DNA of 64,000 nucleotides from Candidatus Aenigmatarchaeota archaeon (GTDB taxonomy: Archaea > Aenigmatarchaeota > Aenigmatarchaeia > CG10238-14 > SCSR01): positions 32,001 to 96,000 of the forward strand of contig JAWBWS010000002.1 of assembly GCA_038999725.1 (NCBI GenBank). The letters run 5' to 3'. The position numbers were made by a program, and so were the translations under genes. Positions 28,527 to 38,001 of this stretch are shown piece by piece. The notes beneath the pieces are model-generated. The model saw nothing but the letters and a program-made list of their open reading frames with translations. It did not search any database and was not told where the DNA came from. The first letter of the stretch is position 1. The number at the start of each line of letters is the position of its first letter.

Positions 28527-29656
28527 TTTTTGAAAAAGAAGCAGTGGAAAGGTTACGCATGTGGTTTGAAAACAAGAAGGCCCCTCCATTACATATTGAT
28601 GTGGAACCTACTTCTTCATGCAACCTAAAATGCCTTTTCTGTTGGACAAGGTCAGAAGACAGAGTAAAGAGCTGTCAGTACCAAAGGAAATTAACTAGCA
28701 AAAGACTTTTGGAAATAGTTCGGGAAGCAGCAGCATTTGGTGTGAAAGAATGGGAAATCGCTGGGGGATGGGAACCGATGAGTAAACCAGAAGTTGTTTT
28801 CAAGATGATGATTTTAATAAAAAAATATGGAATGTATGGATCGATAACAACAAATGGAACTTTATTCACCGAGAAGATGATAAAAAAACTTGTGAAAATT
28901 GGTTGGGATAGAATATTGTTCTCCTTGGAAGGTCCAGATGCAGATACACATGACTTCTTAACACAAGTTAAAGGATCTTTTGAAAGGGAAAAGAGAAACA
29001 TAAGCCTATTCAAGAAGTGGAAAGAAAGGCTTGGTGTGAAAAAACCAGCTTACTCCATCCATTCTGTTCTAACAAACAAGAATTATGATAAACTGGAGCA
29101 GATGATTGAGCTTGGATATGAGTTAGGTTGTGAAGGTGTGAATTTCGAGCCTTTGATGATTTGGTCTGAAGAGGGGAAAAAATTGAAATTGAACAAAAGT
29201 CAGAGAGAAGAGCTTGGAATTCATGTTGAAAGAGCATTAAAAAAGGCTAAAGAGCTTGGAATTCATACAAATGTTGTAAATTTGAGAGAAGAAAAGCTGG
29301 TGAACAAGAGAGACATGAGAAAAGTTATTAGGGAGGGTGTAAACATGAGGAGAAAAAACATTCTTGACTCCCCTTGTTTTTCTCCCTGGCTCAACATGGA
29401 AATAAGGGTGAGTGGTAGAGTTACCGCTTGTAGAATTTGTAATGATGAAACTGGTTGTGAAAATATAATGGATAAAAGTTTGGAAGATATTTGGTTTGGT
29501 GAGTATTTTGAAAACTTGAGAAAACAATTCATAAATGGAAATTTACCAAAGTATTGTAAGGATTGTGCAAGTGGCTTGATTGTTGACATGAGAAGATTGA
29601 GAGAGCAACTCATTAAAAAAGTAGGTCCTTTTGGATGTATAAGGAGGATATTTTAG
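28523..29656 (+). CDS. Radical SAM/SPASM protein (paralog 7)
   Basis: CNLKCLFC, AGGWEPM, CFSPW...TAC...CKDC. Confidence 0.93.
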   Translation: MIFEKEAVERLRMWFENKKAPPLHIDVEPTSSCNLKCLFCWTRSEDRVKSCQYQRKLTSKRLLEIVREAAAFGVKEWEIAGGWEPMSKPEVVFKMMILIKKYGMYGSITTNGTLFTEKMIKKLVKIGWDRILFSLEGPDADTHDFLTQVKGSFEREKRNISLFKKWKERLGVKKPAYSIHSVLTNKNYDKLEQMIELGYELGCEGVNFEPLMIWSEEGKKLKLNKSQREELGIHVERALKKAKELGIHTNVVNLREEKLVNKRDMRKVIREGVNMRRKNILDSPCFSPWLNMEIRVSGRVTACRICNDETGCENIMDKSLEDIWFGEYFENLRKQFINGNLPKYCKDCASGLIVDMRRLREQLIKKVGPFGCIRRIF

Positions 29657-30847
29657 ATGGATGAGCATGAAGCTGAAAGTTATAGGAGAATATTGAAATG
29701 GTTTAAGGGAAAAAAGCAACCACCCTTCAAAATAGATATAGAGTTACACAGGAGATGTAATTTAAAGTGTTTGTCTTGCTCGAGAAGAGCATCACCAGAC
29801 TATCCAAGGTTGAATGAAATTTCCAAGCAACTTGAGATGCCTCTAGAAAAATGGCTTGAAATAGTTGATGAAGCAGCTGAAATGAAGGTAAGAGAATGGC
29901 ATATTGCTGGTGGTGGTGAACCCATGTTTTTACCTGAGATGACAATCCCCCTGATGAAAAAAATTAAAAATTATGGTATGCTTGGGATAATAACAACAAA
30001 TGGTACAATGTGGAGAAATAAAGACATAGAGGCCACTGTGAAGATGGGTTGGGATAGAATCCATTTCAGTATAGACGGTCCAAATTCAAAAGTACATGAC
30101 TACCTGAGAAATGTCCCAGGCACATTTGAGAGAGTTATGAGAACAATAAAAAAGTTTAATATGCTGAAGAAAAAATACCACACAGACAAACCAATGCTCA
30201 ACATAAACACAGTGCTCTCAAGAAAAAATTATAGGCTTTTACCAGACATTGTAAATCTTGCGAAGAAATGTGGTATAGGGTTCATCTTTGTTGACCCCTT
30301 GATTGTCTACTCTGATATTGGTGAGAAATTGAAAATGAAAAAGAGTGATTTGGAAAAATTTCATCCCTTTCTAAAGAAGGCGAGAGAGTTGGCTGAGAAG
30401 CTTGGAATAGGAAACAATTTCAGTGGTCTTCAGAACAATTTGAATGAAGAGCTTATAGAAAAGAGTAGTAAGATGAACGAAGTTATAGAGAAAGATGTAA
30501 AAAATGTGGAAAATTTAAATGTAAGTAAGTTTCTCAAAAATTTTCTCACAGTTCCATGTTACAAACCATGGTTTCATATCACCATAAAATGTGATGGAAG
30601 AACAACTTCTTGTGATGTCCCTGTCACAGGAGGTGACAATATAAGGAACAAATCTCTGAAAGAAGTTTGGGATGGTCCATATTTTCAATGGTTAAGAAAA
30701 GGCTTGTTATCTGTAAAAATCCCAGAGTTTTGTGCTCAATGTAACGCTAGCCATATAAGCCAAAGAAGAAAAATGAGATTAGAAATTATAAAAATGCTAG
30801 AGCCTCGTGCATTCAATAAGGCGTGTGAAATCTATGGTGCTCTTTGA
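29657..30847 (+). CDS. Radical SAM/SPASM protein (paralog 8)
   Basis: CNLKCLSC, AGGGEPM, CYKPW...TSC...CAQC. Confidence 0.93.
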   Translation: MDEHEAESYRRILKWFKGKKQPPFKIDIELHRRCNLKCLSCSRRASPDYPRLNEISKQLEMPLEKWLEIVDEAAEMKVREWHIAGGGEPMFLPEMTIPLMKKIKNYGMLGIITTNGTMWRNKDIEATVKMGWDRIHFSIDGPNSKVHDYLRNVPGTFERVMRTIKKFNMLKKKYHTDKPMLNINTVLSRKNYRLLPDIVNLAKKCGIGFIFVDPLIVYSDIGEKLKMKKSDLEKFHPFLKKARELAEKLGIGNNFSGLQNNLNEELIEKSSKMNEVIEKDVKNVENLNVSKFLKNFLTVPCYKPWFHITIKCDGRTTSCDVPVTGGDNIRNKSLKEVWDGPYFQWLRKGLLSVKIPEFCAQCNASHISQRRKMRLEIIKMLEPRAFNKACEIYGAL

Positions 30848-31991
30848 AACTAGAGTAGAAAGGTTGGTAAAGTGGGTGAGAGGAGAAAAAGCTCCACCCG
30901 TAACTATAGAGCTTGTTCCCACAGATAGATGCAACCTCAATTGCCTAAGTTGCTGGAGGAGAGGTTGGAGTGAAGAGCAGCTTAAGAGGAGGTATGGAGA
31001 AGAGATGGAAGATGAAAGACTTTTGAAACTTGTTGATGAAGCTGCTGAGATGGGGGTAAAAGAAATAGCCTTTGTTGGTGGAGGAGAACCTTTGATGAGG
31101 AATGTAACACTAGAACTCTTCAAAAGGATGAAGAGTTATGGGATGATTGGAGATTTAGTAACTAATGGTACACTTTTCACAAAAAAATCAATAGAACTTT
31201 TAGTGAAAATTGGTTGGGATAGAATAAAGTTTAGCATTGATGGTCCTGACCCTAAAGTTCATGACTACTTAAGACAAACAAAAGGTGCTTTCAAAACTAC
31301 AATAAGAAACATAAAATTGTTTTCTCAAATGAAGAAAAAATACAAGACTGATAAACCAACACTGATCATTCAATCTGTACTTTCTAATGAGAATTATAAA
31401 AAACTTCATGAGTTGGTGAAGCTTGGGCATAAGGTTGGAGCTGATGAGATGGCTTTATTGCCATTAACCATCTTTGACGAATCTATGAGGCATTTAAAAT
31501 TAAATGAGGAGCAGATAAAGGAATTTAAGTTAATACTTCAAAAATCGATTGAATTGCTTGAAACATTCGGTATGAAAAGTAACTATCGAGAATACATGAA
31601 TGAAAAATATATAATCAAGACCGAAAGTATGGATGAAGTAATGATGGAAGAGGTGGAAAAAATGATAAAGAAAGAATATCCTAAGTTCGAAGATCCTATA
31701 GAGAATTTTAAATTTTTGCCTTGTTATGCTCCATGGATTCATGTCACGATACTTCCAAACGGCAATATTGCACCTTGTTTTAGCCCATGGGTGTGGAACA
31801 CGAAAACTTCAATAAAAGATTTTTCTTTAAAAGAGCTTTGGTATGGAGAATATTTTAATAAATTTAGGAAAATAATTTTAAAGAGAAAACTCCCGGAGAA
31901 TTGTAAAAAATGTTGTGTGTGGGAAGTTTTCAACAACAGAAGGCTTAGAGAGGGTATGAAAGAATTGTTGAGGAGGGGCGTCAATGAGTGA
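30834..31991 (+). CDS. Radical SAM/SPASM protein (paralog 9)
   Basis: CNLNCLSC, VGGGEPL, CYAPW...APC...CKKCC; start MVLFETR preferred. Confidence 0.93.
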   Translation: MVLFETRVERLVKWVRGEKAPPVTIELVPTDRCNLNCLSCWRRGWSEEQLKRRYGEEMEDERLLKLVDEAAEMGVKEIAFVGGGEPLMRNVTLELFKRMKSYGMIGDLVTNGTLFTKKSIELLVKIGWDRIKFSIDGPDPKVHDYLRQTKGAFKTTIRNIKLFSQMKKKYKTDKPTLIIQSVLSNENYKKLHELVKLGHKVGADEMALLPLTIFDESMRHLKLNEEQIKEFKLILQKSIELLETFGMKSNYREYMNEKYIIKTESMDEVMMEEVEKMIKKEYPKFEDPIENFKFLPCYAPWIHVTILPNGNIAPCFSPWVWNTKTSIKDFSLKELWYGEYFNKFRKIILKRKLPENCKKCCVWEVFNNRRLREGMKELLRRGVNE

Positions 31992-32259
31992 TGAGATAGA
32001 CGGTTTGATAAGAAAGATTAAGAGGTGTAGGAACAAAGCTTCCATGACGAAACTGTTGGATGAACTTATAACCAGGATGAAAGAGGAAAATGAAATTTTG
32101 AGACTTCAAGTAATGGCAAGAGAGAAAGAGAGAGATGAATACAAAAAAGAGCTTGATGAAATACATCAATCTATTAGTTATAGAGTTGGCAGGAGTATAG
32201 CCGAAACAAGAATTGGTGGATGGCTCAAAAAAATCTTAAGGAAGTACATTTGGAAATGA
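31984..32259 (+). CDS. Small coiled-coil protein with C-terminal amphipathic helix (SISYRVGR...)
   Basis: Heptad-rich 91 aa; SD GGAGG; resembles the C-terminal extension of paralog 16. Confidence 0.75.
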   Translation: MSDEIDGLIRKIKRCRNKASMTKLLDELITRMKEENEILRLQVMAREKERDEYKKELDEIHQSISYRVGRSIAETRIGGWLKKILRKYIWK

Positions 32260-32263
32260 TAAG

Positions 32264-33418
32264 ATGTTCAATTTTGATAGGGAAGAAAAAATTAATAAAG
32301 AAAGGATTAGAAGATTGGCAAATTGGTATAGGGGCAAAAAAGAAGGTCCTGTTCAAATAGATGTTGAATTACATAAAAGATGTAATTTGAGGTGTATTTT
32401 TTGTGCAAGGTTTGAAAACCATGAGAAATTGAACAAAGAATCTAAAAAATATGAAATGCCTTTGGATAGATGGTTGAGTGTAATTGAAGAGGCAATAGAG
32501 CTGGATGCATTAATTTTCAATATAGAGGGGATAAATGAGCCTCCTGCAGCTCCAGAAATTTTCTTTCCTGTAATAAATAAAGTGAAAGATGTTGGGATGT
32601 ATGGAATTATCACCACAAACGGCACACTTTGGAAAGAAGATCAACTCAAGAATTTAGTTGAGATGAGTTGGGATAGAATTCATTTCAGCGTCCATTCTGT
32701 AATTCCACAAGTTCATGACAATTTAACTGGAATGAAAGGTTGTTTTAAGAAGGTTATCAAGAACATACAACTACTAAACAAATGGAAGAAAAAATTGAGA
32801 TCAGAAAGACCGATGTTAAACATAAACATTTGTATAAACAAACTCAACTTTCGTGAATTACCTGAAATAGTTGAACTTGCTCACTCTCTTGACGCAGCCT
32901 ACATATTCACAGAGCCTCTAATGGTTTATTCAGAGACTGGAAGAAAATTGAAACTTAGTGAAAGGGAATTGAAGAACCTGCCAAATATTGTAGAGATGGC
33001 AAAAAAAATTGCTGAAAAATACGGGATAGATAACAATTTTGCTACTCAAGACAAGAATTTAGAAAAGGAAATAGTTGAAAAAACAAGTGAGATGGAACCC
33101 TTGTTGCTTAAAGAGGTTGAAGTTTTAGAGGAGAGATTAATTTCTGCTCCTTGTTTTAAACCGTGGGAGAGAATCGCTATAAGGTACAATGGATTAGCTG
33201 GATATTGTGGTTATGTTGAAAATGGAGAAAATGTGATGGATAAAAATTTAATTGATATATGGTTTGGTGAATTCTTCCAGAATGCTAGAAGAATGATGTT
33301 GAGAAAAAAGCTTTTCCCCCACTGTCATAAATGTGTTCCAAGTGATTTCACACAAAGGAAAAGATTTAGAAAAGAACTCATGGAAGCCATTGGGATGGAA
33401 AATGGAGGAGATAAGTAG
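32264..33418 (+). CDS. Radical SAM/SPASM protein (paralog 10)
   Basis: CNLRCIFC, atypical EGINEP, CFKPW...GYC...CHKC. Confidence 0.92.
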   Translation: MFNFDREEKINKERIRRLANWYRGKKEGPVQIDVELHKRCNLRCIFCARFENHEKLNKESKKYEMPLDRWLSVIEEAIELDALIFNIEGINEPPAAPEIFFPVINKVKDVGMYGIITTNGTLWKEDQLKNLVEMSWDRIHFSVHSVIPQVHDNLTGMKGCFKKVIKNIQLLNKWKKKLRSERPMLNINICINKLNFRELPEIVELAHSLDAAYIFTEPLMVYSETGRKLKLSERELKNLPNIVEMAKKIAEKYGIDNNFATQDKNLEKEIVEKTSEMEPLLLKEVEVLEERLISAPCFKPWERIAIRYNGLAGYCGYVENGENVMDKNLIDIWFGEFFQNARRMMLRKKLFPHCHKCVPSDFTQRKRFRKELMEAIGMENGGDK

Positions 33419-34481
33419 TTTATTGAAATGGAAGAAAGAGGGGAAAGGCTACCCAACTCAAGTCCAAATCCACCTTACCAACTATTGTAACTTGAGGTGC
33501 ATTTTTTGTCCAACAAGAGCTTTGGTTAAAGAAGTTGAGAGGAAAAAAGAATTGACAAAGGAGCAATGGTTGAAAATTATAGAGGAAGGTAATAAGTTGG
33601 GTGTAAAAGAATGGCACATATGTGGTGGTGGCGAACCTCTATTTTTCACAAAAGATGCAATAGAAGTGATGGAATATATAAAAGAAACTAGAAGATGTGG
33701 AGAAATCATCACTAATGGCACATTCTTTCAAGAAGATGTTGCGAGAAAAGTTGTGGAAATTGGATGGGATAAAATCTACATAAGCCTAGACTCACCAGTT
33801 GCCAAAACACAAAATTATTTGAGACAAGCCAATTGTTTTAGAAAAATAATTGAAGGTGTAAAAAATCTTGTTAAATGGAAGGGGAGATTGAAGAAGAAAA
33901 TTCCCCAGATTTATTTCCATGTGGTGATTTGTAATAAAAATTATAAACAAACCCCAGGGATGATTAAGCTCGCTAAAAAACTGAAAATAGATGGAGTGCT
34001 TTTGAACGCCTTAAATGTGTGGAAACCTGAAGTCAATAAATTAAGATTGAATGAAAGAGAAAAGGAGGAATTTAAAAAAATATTGAAGATAAGTGAAGAA
34101 TTAGCAAAAAAATTAAAAATTTCCACAAACGCACAAGATTTTTCAAAATTCCTTTTTATTGAAAAAGCAAATGTGATGAATGAGGCTATGGTAGAAGAAG
34201 TAGGAAAAACTGATGACCCATTTACTTCTATAGCTTGCTATTATCCTTGGTACAATATATCTATATTTGCAGATGGTAAAGCATTACCATGTTTTATTTT
34301 AAAAGATGAGGGTGAAAATGTAAAAAACAAGAGCCTGAAAGAGATTTGGTTTGGAGAGTACTTTACAGAAATAAGGCAAATGTTCTTGGAGAATAGACTG
34401 AAAGAGGATTGTTCAAAATGTAATCCTTGGAACTTGCCAAAGATGGAAGAAATAAGGAATAAATTACAAACATTGAAATAG
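33402..34481 (+). CDS. Radical SAM/SPASM protein (paralog 11)
   Basis: CNLRCIFC, CGGGEPL, CYYPW...LPC...CSKC; start MEEISS preferred. Confidence 0.93.
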   Translation: MEEISSLLKWKKEGKGYPTQVQIHLTNYCNLRCIFCPTRALVKEVERKKELTKEQWLKIIEEGNKLGVKEWHICGGGEPLFFTKDAIEVMEYIKETRRCGEIITNGTFFQEDVARKVVEIGWDKIYISLDSPVAKTQNYLRQANCFRKIIEGVKNLVKWKGRLKKKIPQIYFHVVICNKNYKQTPGMIKLAKKLKIDGVLLNALNVWKPEVNKLRLNEREKEEFKKILKISEELAKKLKISTNAQDFSKFLFIEKANVMNEAMVEEVGKTDDPFTSIACYYPWYNISIFADGKALPCFILKDEGENVKNKSLKEIWFGEYFTEIRQMFLENRLKEDCSKCNPWNLPKMEEIRNKLQTLK

Positions 34482-34530
34482 AGGAAGGTGGTGAAAGATT
34501 AGAATAAAAGGAATTATTTATGATGTAGGA

Positions 34531-35643
34531 TTGGAGTATTGGCAAGGTCAACCAGTTCGAAAGATTTCTGAAGAAACTATGAGAAGTGAATTTAAAATTA
34601 TAAAAGATGAGCTCAATTGCAATGCCATAGGCTTTCATGGAAGTTTTAACGATAAATTGCTGAAGGCTGCAAAAATTGCTTTAGAAGAGGAATTAGAGGT
34701 ATGGTTATTTCCTCGATACATTAACAAAAATATAGAGGAAACACTTGGTTTATTTAAAGAATTTGCTTTTAATGCAGAAAAATTGAGAAAGGAGTATGGG
34801 AAACTCATTCTTGGAATTGGAGACGAGCTAACTGTTAATTGTTCAAGCTTCTTCAGTGGAAAAAAGTATGTGGACAGGGTAAGAAGATTAACCGTCTACA
34901 TATTTTTAAAAAATCTTTACCCCTTGATAATGGGCGAAAAAACCGATGAATGGTTTTTTAAGTTTAAGGATAGGGAATTTGTATTCGAGAATCTATTTCC
35001 AGATTACATAAGCAGAGAAAGAATTGAAGAATTTGAAGATTATGCCATCTCAATTGAAAGATTTTTAAAAGAATTTGATGAGAAATTTATGAAATTCATA
35101 GAAGAAATGGCGAATATAGGAAGAAACAATTTCAATGGAAAAATTACTTACAGCTCTGGATGGTGGGAAGAGCTGAATTGGAAGTTATTTGACATAATAG
35201 GGATTGGTATGTACATGGACCAAACAAATTGGTTCATTTATTCTGAAATTTTGAAAAAATTAAAAGAAAGATTTAACATGCCTCTAGTTGTTACAGAATT
35301 TGGGGCAGCAACTTTTCGACATGCTAGTATGTATGGTGGAGGAGCATGGTTGATTTTTGACAAACATGAAGTTGAAAGAAGTGAAGAAGAACAAGCAGAA
35401 CACATAGAAAGGCAATTTAATCTAATTAGGAAAAGTGGTGCTGATGGTGCTTTTTGCTTTATCTTTCTTGATGTTCCAGAGAAAGTGCATGTAGAGAATC
35501 CAAAGTATTACAAGGAGGATGGAGATAGAGGTGGGTATGGTATAATGAAAATTTATCCTGATGGAAGGTTAGAGCCTAAAAAGTCATTTTATGTTCTTAA
35601 AAATTTGTATAAAAGTGTTTCAGAAAACTCAAGTGTAGATTAA
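34531..35643 (+). CDS. Clan GH-A-like TIM-barrel glycoside hydrolase-like protein (true start probably upstream at ATT 34498 or ATA 34504)
   Basis: IKDELNCNAI, IGDELT (acid/base position), VVTEFG (nucleophile position); in-frame upstream RIKGIIYDVG. Confidence 0.7.
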   Translation: MEYWQGQPVRKISEETMRSEFKIIKDELNCNAIGFHGSFNDKLLKAAKIALEEELEVWLFPRYINKNIEETLGLFKEFAFNAEKLRKEYGKLILGIGDELTVNCSSFFSGKKYVDRVRRLTVYIFLKNLYPLIMGEKTDEWFFKFKDREFVFENLFPDYISRERIEEFEDYAISIERFLKEFDEKFMKFIEEMANIGRNNFNGKITYSSGWWEELNWKLFDIIGIGMYMDQTNWFIYSEILKKLKERFNMPLVVTEFGAATFRHASMYGGGAWLIFDKHEVERSEEEQAEHIERQFNLIRKSGADGAFCFIFLDVPEKVHVENPKYYKEDGDRGGYGIMKIYPDGRLEPKKSFYVLKNLYKSVSENSSVD

Positions 35644-35709
35644 AGTATCGGAAGCAAAAATAAGAGAAATTTAAATTTTAAAAATTAAATCACTAAAAGA
35701 GACTTAATT

Positions 35710-35856
35710 ATGAAGAAGTTTGTTTGTTGCCCAAATTGTGGAGAAAAATTTGAAATAAGCTACGCTAGAACTTTCGCCTGTGGTTCTTGCCCTTCTGTGA
35801 TTCAATGCAACCTTATAAAATGTCCTAAATGTGGGCATGAATTCAAAAAACCTTAA
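35710..35856 (+). CDS. 48-aa Cys-rich zinc-ribbon-like small protein (not in the ORF track)
   Basis: MKKFVCCPNCGEKFEISYARTFACGSCPSVIQCNLIKCPKCGHEFKKP*; three CxxC pairs; AT-rich promoter-like region upstream. Confidence 0.8.
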   Translation: MKKFVCCPNCGEKFEISYARTFACGSCPSVIQCNLIKCPKCGHEFKKP

Positions 35857-36940
35857 ACTCCAAAAGTTTTTCTCCAATCTCTCTATTTCGAATAGATTGA
35901 GTAAAAACACAAAATTTGCATTCTTCTCTTATTTTTTTCTCAACAAAATTTTTCCTTTCTTCTTCAAAATATTCACCGAACCAAATTTCACTTAGAGATT
36001 TTTCTTTAATGTTTTCAGGAGATCCTTCGACCATACAACAAAAAGTTGCTTCGCCATTCCCCTTAACCAAAAAATGCAAAAAAGGCTCGAAACAAGGGGG
36101 AAGATTCTTTTGTGTTTTAGTTTCTACTGATGGCATGATAACATCCTCTGAACTTTTTTTGAGATGAAAGAGATTTGTATTTACACCAATTTGCAGTGAA
36201 AGTTCTATAGCTTCGTCAAGATTTGCCTGAAAAATTTTATTCTGCTCTTCATTCATCTCCAATATTTTGACCGAATCATCGTAAATTATTAATGGGATAA
36301 ATGTTACATCTTCACATCCAACTTCAGAAGCAAAAACTATCATCTCCTTTATCTTATCAAAAATTTTGTTAGTTAACACTGTGTTAAAAACTATGTGAGG
36401 CTTTTCTGAACTAAATCTCTTTTTATATTGTTTGAAAAGTTTCAGTGTAGTTTTAGCCTTCTTAAATGTTCCCTTAACACCTCTGATGAAATCGTTATCT
36501 CTTGAATTTGGCGCGTCGATGCTAAACATTATCCTATCCCATCCCATTTGAACAATTTTTTTTATATCCCTTTCAGAAAGCAATGTACCATTCGTGTTGA
36601 GGTTTCCTGCCATATTAAAATCTTTAATTTTTTTCATCAATTTCAAGGTAGTTTCTTTTCTAACAAAAGGTTCACCACCTCCTGTTATTAGAAATTCTTT
36701 TGCATCCAACTCATGAGCTTCTTCTACAAGTTTAAGCAATCTTTCTTCTTTTACCTCTAACTGCATTTCATTTCTTGGGTTATATTCTATTCCACTTTCT
36801 TTTAGCCTTCGTCTGTGAGCCCATGTACCACACATCCAACACCTTAAATTACACCTATTAGTTGGCCAAACCTCTATAAGAAAAGGTCCTACCTGCTTGC
36901 CTTTAGCCCATTTCTCAATCCTTTTGATTTTTTCATCCAT
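35843..36940 (-). CDS. Radical SAM/SPASM protein (paralog 12)
   Basis: CNLRCWMC, TGGGEPF, CFEPF...FCC...CKFC. Confidence 0.93.
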   Translation of the reverse strand: MDEKIKRIEKWAKGKQVGPFLIEVWPTNRCNLRCWMCGTWAHRRRLKESGIEYNPRNEMQLEVKEERLLKLVEEAHELDAKEFLITGGGEPFVRKETTLKLMKKIKDFNMAGNLNTNGTLLSERDIKKIVQMGWDRIMFSIDAPNSRDNDFIRGVKGTFKKAKTTLKLFKQYKKRFSSEKPHIVFNTVLTNKIFDKIKEMIVFASEVGCEDVTFIPLIIYDDSVKILEMNEEQNKIFQANLDEAIELSLQIGVNTNLFHLKKSSEDVIMPSVETKTQKNLPPCFEPFLHFLVKGNGEATFCCMVEGSPENIKEKSLSEIWFGEYFEEERKNFVEKKIREECKFCVFTQSIRNREIGEKLLEFKVF

Positions 36941-36942
36941 TT

Positions 36943-38001
36943 TTATTCCTTTAATTTTCTTCTTATTTCTTTATTTTCATCCACCAAAGGAACGCAACAC
37001 CTAGAACACCACTCAGGTAATTTTTTCAAGATTTCATTCCTCACTCTATCAAAATCCTTGTACCAAATCTCTTTTAAAGACTTTTCATTTAATTTTATTC
37101 CACCCTCTTTCGGCCACTGTGCACACGGTGTTACAAATCCATTAGAATTGATGTTTATGGTATACCAAGGTAGAAAACAAGGAGGGAGCTTCTTATCTTC
37201 GTCCAAAATTATTTCTTCCATTTTGTTTGAGTATAAATACAACTTTTTTTCAATCACTTCATCCAAATTGCTGAAAACGCCAAACTTTTTTCCAATCTCT
37301 TTCGCTTCTTGTAGAAACATGTTCACTTCTTTTACTTCATCTTCATTTATTTTTAGAAGTTTGGATTCTTCAGTTAGCTCTATTAGGGGTAAAACGTACA
37401 CGAAATTTACATCACTAGCGGAAAGTAATTGCATGAGTTTCCCCAACTCTTTATAATTTCTGTTAGTAAGAACAAAATTAACTTCTACTGTTGGAAAATT
37501 TGACTTTAACTTTCTCTTGACTCGTGAAAAACTTTTGACAAGTCTAAAAGCTTTGTCAAAAGACCCTTTTACACCTCTCAGATATTCATGTGTTTTTTTA
37601 AGACCATCTATGCTAACCCTTATTAAATCCCATTCCATTCTAACGATTTCCACAACATCTCTCTCTTTAACCAAAGAACCATTTGTGACAATTGACCCAG
37701 CTATTCCCTTATTTTTTATCTTTTTCATAATTTTCATTAAAATTTCTTTCCTCATGAATGGTTCGCCTCCGAGAATGCCACAAACTTTTACTTCCATTTC
37801 ACAAATTTCATTTATAGTCTTGAGAATTCTCTTGTCGTTCATCTCATTTCTTATAACTTCAATTGGGCTTTTTGAATAATTACAAAACTTGCATTTAAAA
37901 TTACAAGCTTCTGTAAGGAAAATATCTACTTTTATGGGATCTTCTTTTTTTCCATTTAAAAAATTTTTCAGCCTTCTAACAGTTTCTTCTAGGTGAGACA
38001 T
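36943..38001 (-). CDS. Radical SAM/SPASM protein (paralog 13)
   Basis: CNFKCKFC, LGGEPF, CFLPW...TPC...CSRCC; start MSHLEE overlaps the upstream stop (TAATG). Confidence 0.93.
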   Translation of the reverse strand: MSHLEETVRRLKNFLNGKKEDPIKVDIFLTEACNFKCKFCNYSKSPIEVIRNEMNDKRILKTINEICEMEVKVCGILGGEPFMRKEILMKIMKKIKNKGIAGSIVTNGSLVKERDVVEIVRMEWDLIRVSIDGLKKTHEYLRGVKGSFDKAFRLVKSFSRVKRKLKSNFPTVEVNFVLTNRNYKELGKLMQLLSASDVNFVYVLPLIELTEESKLLKINEDEVKEVNMFLQEAKEIGKKFGVFSNLDEVIEKKLYLYSNKMEEIILDEDKKLPPCFLPWYTININSNGFVTPCAQWPKEGGIKLNEKSLKEIWYKDFDRVRNEILKKLPEWCSRCCVPLVDENKEIRRKLKE

